Origin: Corallochytrium limacisporum Hawaii
Taxonomy: Eukaryota > Protista > Pluriformea
Assembly: GCA_002811645.1 (NCBI GenBank)
Contig: PDIP01000027.1
Location: 62,001 to 126,000 of the forward strand
Length of the DNA stretch: 64,000 bases
Direction: 5' to 3'
Made by a program: the position numbers and the translations under genes. The notes beneath the pieces were generated by a model. It did no database searches. It was not told the origin of the DNA and was given only the letters and a program-made list of their open reading frames with translations. Of the stretch, positions 61,401 through 64,000 are shown in pieces. Numbering within the stretch: position 1 is the first letter of the stretch; each line of letters starts with the position of its first letter.

Positions 61401-63628
61401 CTGCTCTTTGGTGTACCCCAACCTCTCCCTTGATCAGACTTTGAGCGACGGAGTGACTAATTCCAGCCTCTTTTTCTGATGCCCAGAACAGAGCACCTGG
61501 CATGGTAAGGACATGCACAAAGTTGGTTAATCTCATCTTATTTAGCTGTCTTCACTTTCTTTCTAGCATGCCAGCTAAAACGACGTCTGAAGTAAGAATG
61601 AGCCAAATTCTTACGTAGACGCTCAAGGACCTAAAAATAGATTGCGACTGCCGGCTCCTTCGCTCGGCGATCCACGCGATCGACATTTTCAATACAAAAT
61701 ATACTACAAATCTAGCAGACACCGAAGCAGAGCAGAGCTGTTCAGAGCAAGGAAAAAAGCGACGGACACTGAGAACTGCACATCTCTAAGTCTATTTGTT
61801 TTTTAGATCATCGCAAAAACTGCTTAGGAGCAAACAACATTTGGCGCCTGTTGCCTTTTTACGGACGAATGGACTCGGAACTCAGAGCACACTCCTACGC
61901 ACCGTGGTCGGTCCGACACGGGTCCTTCCAAAGTCCTCAGGTGAAAAGTCCACAGAACGAAAACGAGTACTGGCCTTAATGAGCAGGCAGACTGGAGCAG
62001 AGATTTACCTGGAAAGGACACGTGGTGCTCCATTCCCATTACTGTTTGTCATGCCTCTTACGCGGCGCGCTTGCTCCGTGCCCAAGGCGTTCTGCTGTAC
62101 AAGCTCAATAGCTGCAAGCAGCAACAGGAAGAGGCTTGCAGCAGCAGCAGCGCTAAATACCCAGAAAAACGTTTCGAGAACAGCACATGGTAGCAATCCC
62201 AGTGCAATGATTTTGAGCCCACAGGGTAGCGCTAGCAATGACTGAAAGTCCTCTGTTGCTGTGCGGATACGTGCTAGTGGATGGACGTCCCAGATTTTGG
62301 TGAGATCGCTGGATATCAACTGCGATCACTTGTCGGAACCCCGTACTGGCTCAATTCCTTCGCTGACTCGACTACGTCTCTCGCTCCCAGAAAAAGAAAA
62401 CAAAGATGGTTGTGGCAGAACAAATGGAACGGGTTATCGCGTAGCTGACAGTACGGTTTCAGACCTTATCGCCCAAACCTTGGAATGACATCGTATCTAG
62501 TTTTGGTGGGCACACTTAAATGTTCTACAGGTGACATCAAACCAAACTCACCACCACCACCCCATCGAGGGCACTACTGTTACTTCTTCGATCTCTAACA
62601 CTTTACCTTCCATACCATTTTGTTTTTCCTTCTTGGCCTGCCTCAGTTCGTTCCTCTTTGCACCGCAACTCCCCTCCTCCCTGCGGCAATGGAGAAATGA
62701 AAATGAACCCAACCCAGGCTTCTTTAAGAATACACTTTTCGTGCCGCTCAGGTTTTCGCTCTCCATCGCTCCTCTTTGTTCTGCTCTGCCCGACCGCCAA
62801 CTCCCCCACTCCTGTGCTGGCCGTCAGCTGATTGGCCGCGCAGGGGAAGTCGGATGATGGCGTACCGAACACCGTGTTCTTGCACCATCAGAAGTCCGCG
62901 AATAAGAACACGTTCGAAACCAAAACGAAGGGGAAATTAGACTCCCTTGGTGTATGTTCAGCGCTTAAATCCTCCTCTCTTCTCCGCTACCCTCCCCTCC
63001 CTTTTCATGTTCGTCGACTAAATTCATTTTCGAAGGAATTCCAATTTTTTTCTTGTTCCAGCCAACGCGTTTGTATGTATTCCGATACTCTGACTTCAGT
63101 GAAAATTACTGTGACGGGTTCACGCCGTCTCGGAACGAGGCATGCAACTGACAGCTATCGCCAAAACCAGAAATGCCGACCAACTGGGGGCTCACAGCAG
63201 TATTTTTGGTTGTGGAAATTCTGAAGCATACTCGGCAGCAGCAAAGGGAAACCGACAACCACAAAAGCAAACAGAGGAAAACAAAATAACACGAACCCAC
63301 GGGGAAATTCTTCAAATCGTGTTATTCGCCTGTGGCAGGTACAAAGCTGGAAACTCCGCGCACGGGGAGAAGGGGTGTCTATTTCATAATAGTCGATTTT
63401 CTGTATTCTTCCTTATCATGTTCTGGTCAAAGGGGCGCGGTCGGGAATCGTTGAAATCCAAGTAACAGGTATTAACGGACAGCCAGGGACCTCCCCCACC
63501 TTGCTGGGATTTAAGTTTTTCTCCCCCGTCAGGTCTCCCCCCCCCCACGCGAATGAAGGAGTTGTTGTTGAAAATATCAAACATTTTGCGTGCGGCACTC
63601 ACCACACACAAGGGAGAAAGAGAGGAGG

Positions 63629-63860
63629 GGGGAGAATTGTTTCGCCCCCCCCCCCCCTCCTTTGTTCCTCCCTCCTTTNNNNNNNNNNNNNNNNNNNNNN
63701 NNNNNNNNNNNNNNNNNNNNNNNNNNNNNNNNNNNNNNNNNNNNNNNNNNNNNNNNNNNNNNNNNNNNNNNNNNNNNNNNNNNNNNNNNNNNNNNNNNNN
63801 NNNNNNNNNGGGGAGAATTGTTTCGCCCCCCACCCCCCCTCCTTTGTTCCTCCCTCCTTT
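63629..63860 (+). repeat. About 50-bp direct repeat flanking a 131-N assembly gap (63679-63809)
   Basis: ggggagaattgtttcg(c)n tcctttgttcctccctccttt occurs at 63629-63678 and 63810-63860; probably a duplicated contig overlap. Confidence 0.8.
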
Positions 63861-64000
63861 GTCTGGGGCCACGCGGAATGCAGAGGGACAGGTACCGGAC
63901 GTACGAAACCTGTTTGACAGGTCTCTGGTGAACATACGAAGCGTTTCGTCGTATATTTTGTATTGACAGATACGTCTGTTATCTAGACATGATCTTAACG

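Noticed and set aside
63629-63860. Direct repeats as LTR, target-site duplication or CRISPR-like unit
   Set aside because: The two copies exactly flank an N gap and differ only in the C run, typical of an unmerged contig overlap.

Overview
Gene-dense eukaryotic nuclear DNA with about 28 protein-coding genes. Every recognisable CDS (up to 1,737 aa) reads as one uninterrupted ORF. Gene content is animal-like (XPO6, DHTKD1, GTPBP1, aftiphilin, NCKIPSD/SPIN90, PTAR1, mL63, MPLKIP, DUS1L, HAUS8), which suggests an intron-poor unicellular holozoan. Corallochytrium is a candidate, but this is inference only. Most genes are housekeeping, arranged as tight convergent pairs separated by GC-rich divergent promoters. 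The standout is 41413..44409, a 998-aa type I membrane protein that matches the HAP2/GCS1 gamete-fusogen (fusexin) family at several collinear motifs. It is heavily remodelled: an extra N-terminal domain, a Cys-free fusion-loop region and an extra Ig-like domain before the stalk. Its stop codon lies 3 nt from that of the convergent U1A/U2B'' gene. Also notable are a membrane-anchored rifampicin-phosphotransferase/PigC-like dikinase, palindromic E2F-type sites before chromosome-maintenance genes, a recurring CGGACCCG promoter motif, and apparent decayed genes. I found no tRNA, rRNA, snRNA, CRISPR or clear transposon. All family calls rest on motif recognition against sequences recalled from memory; no searches were run.
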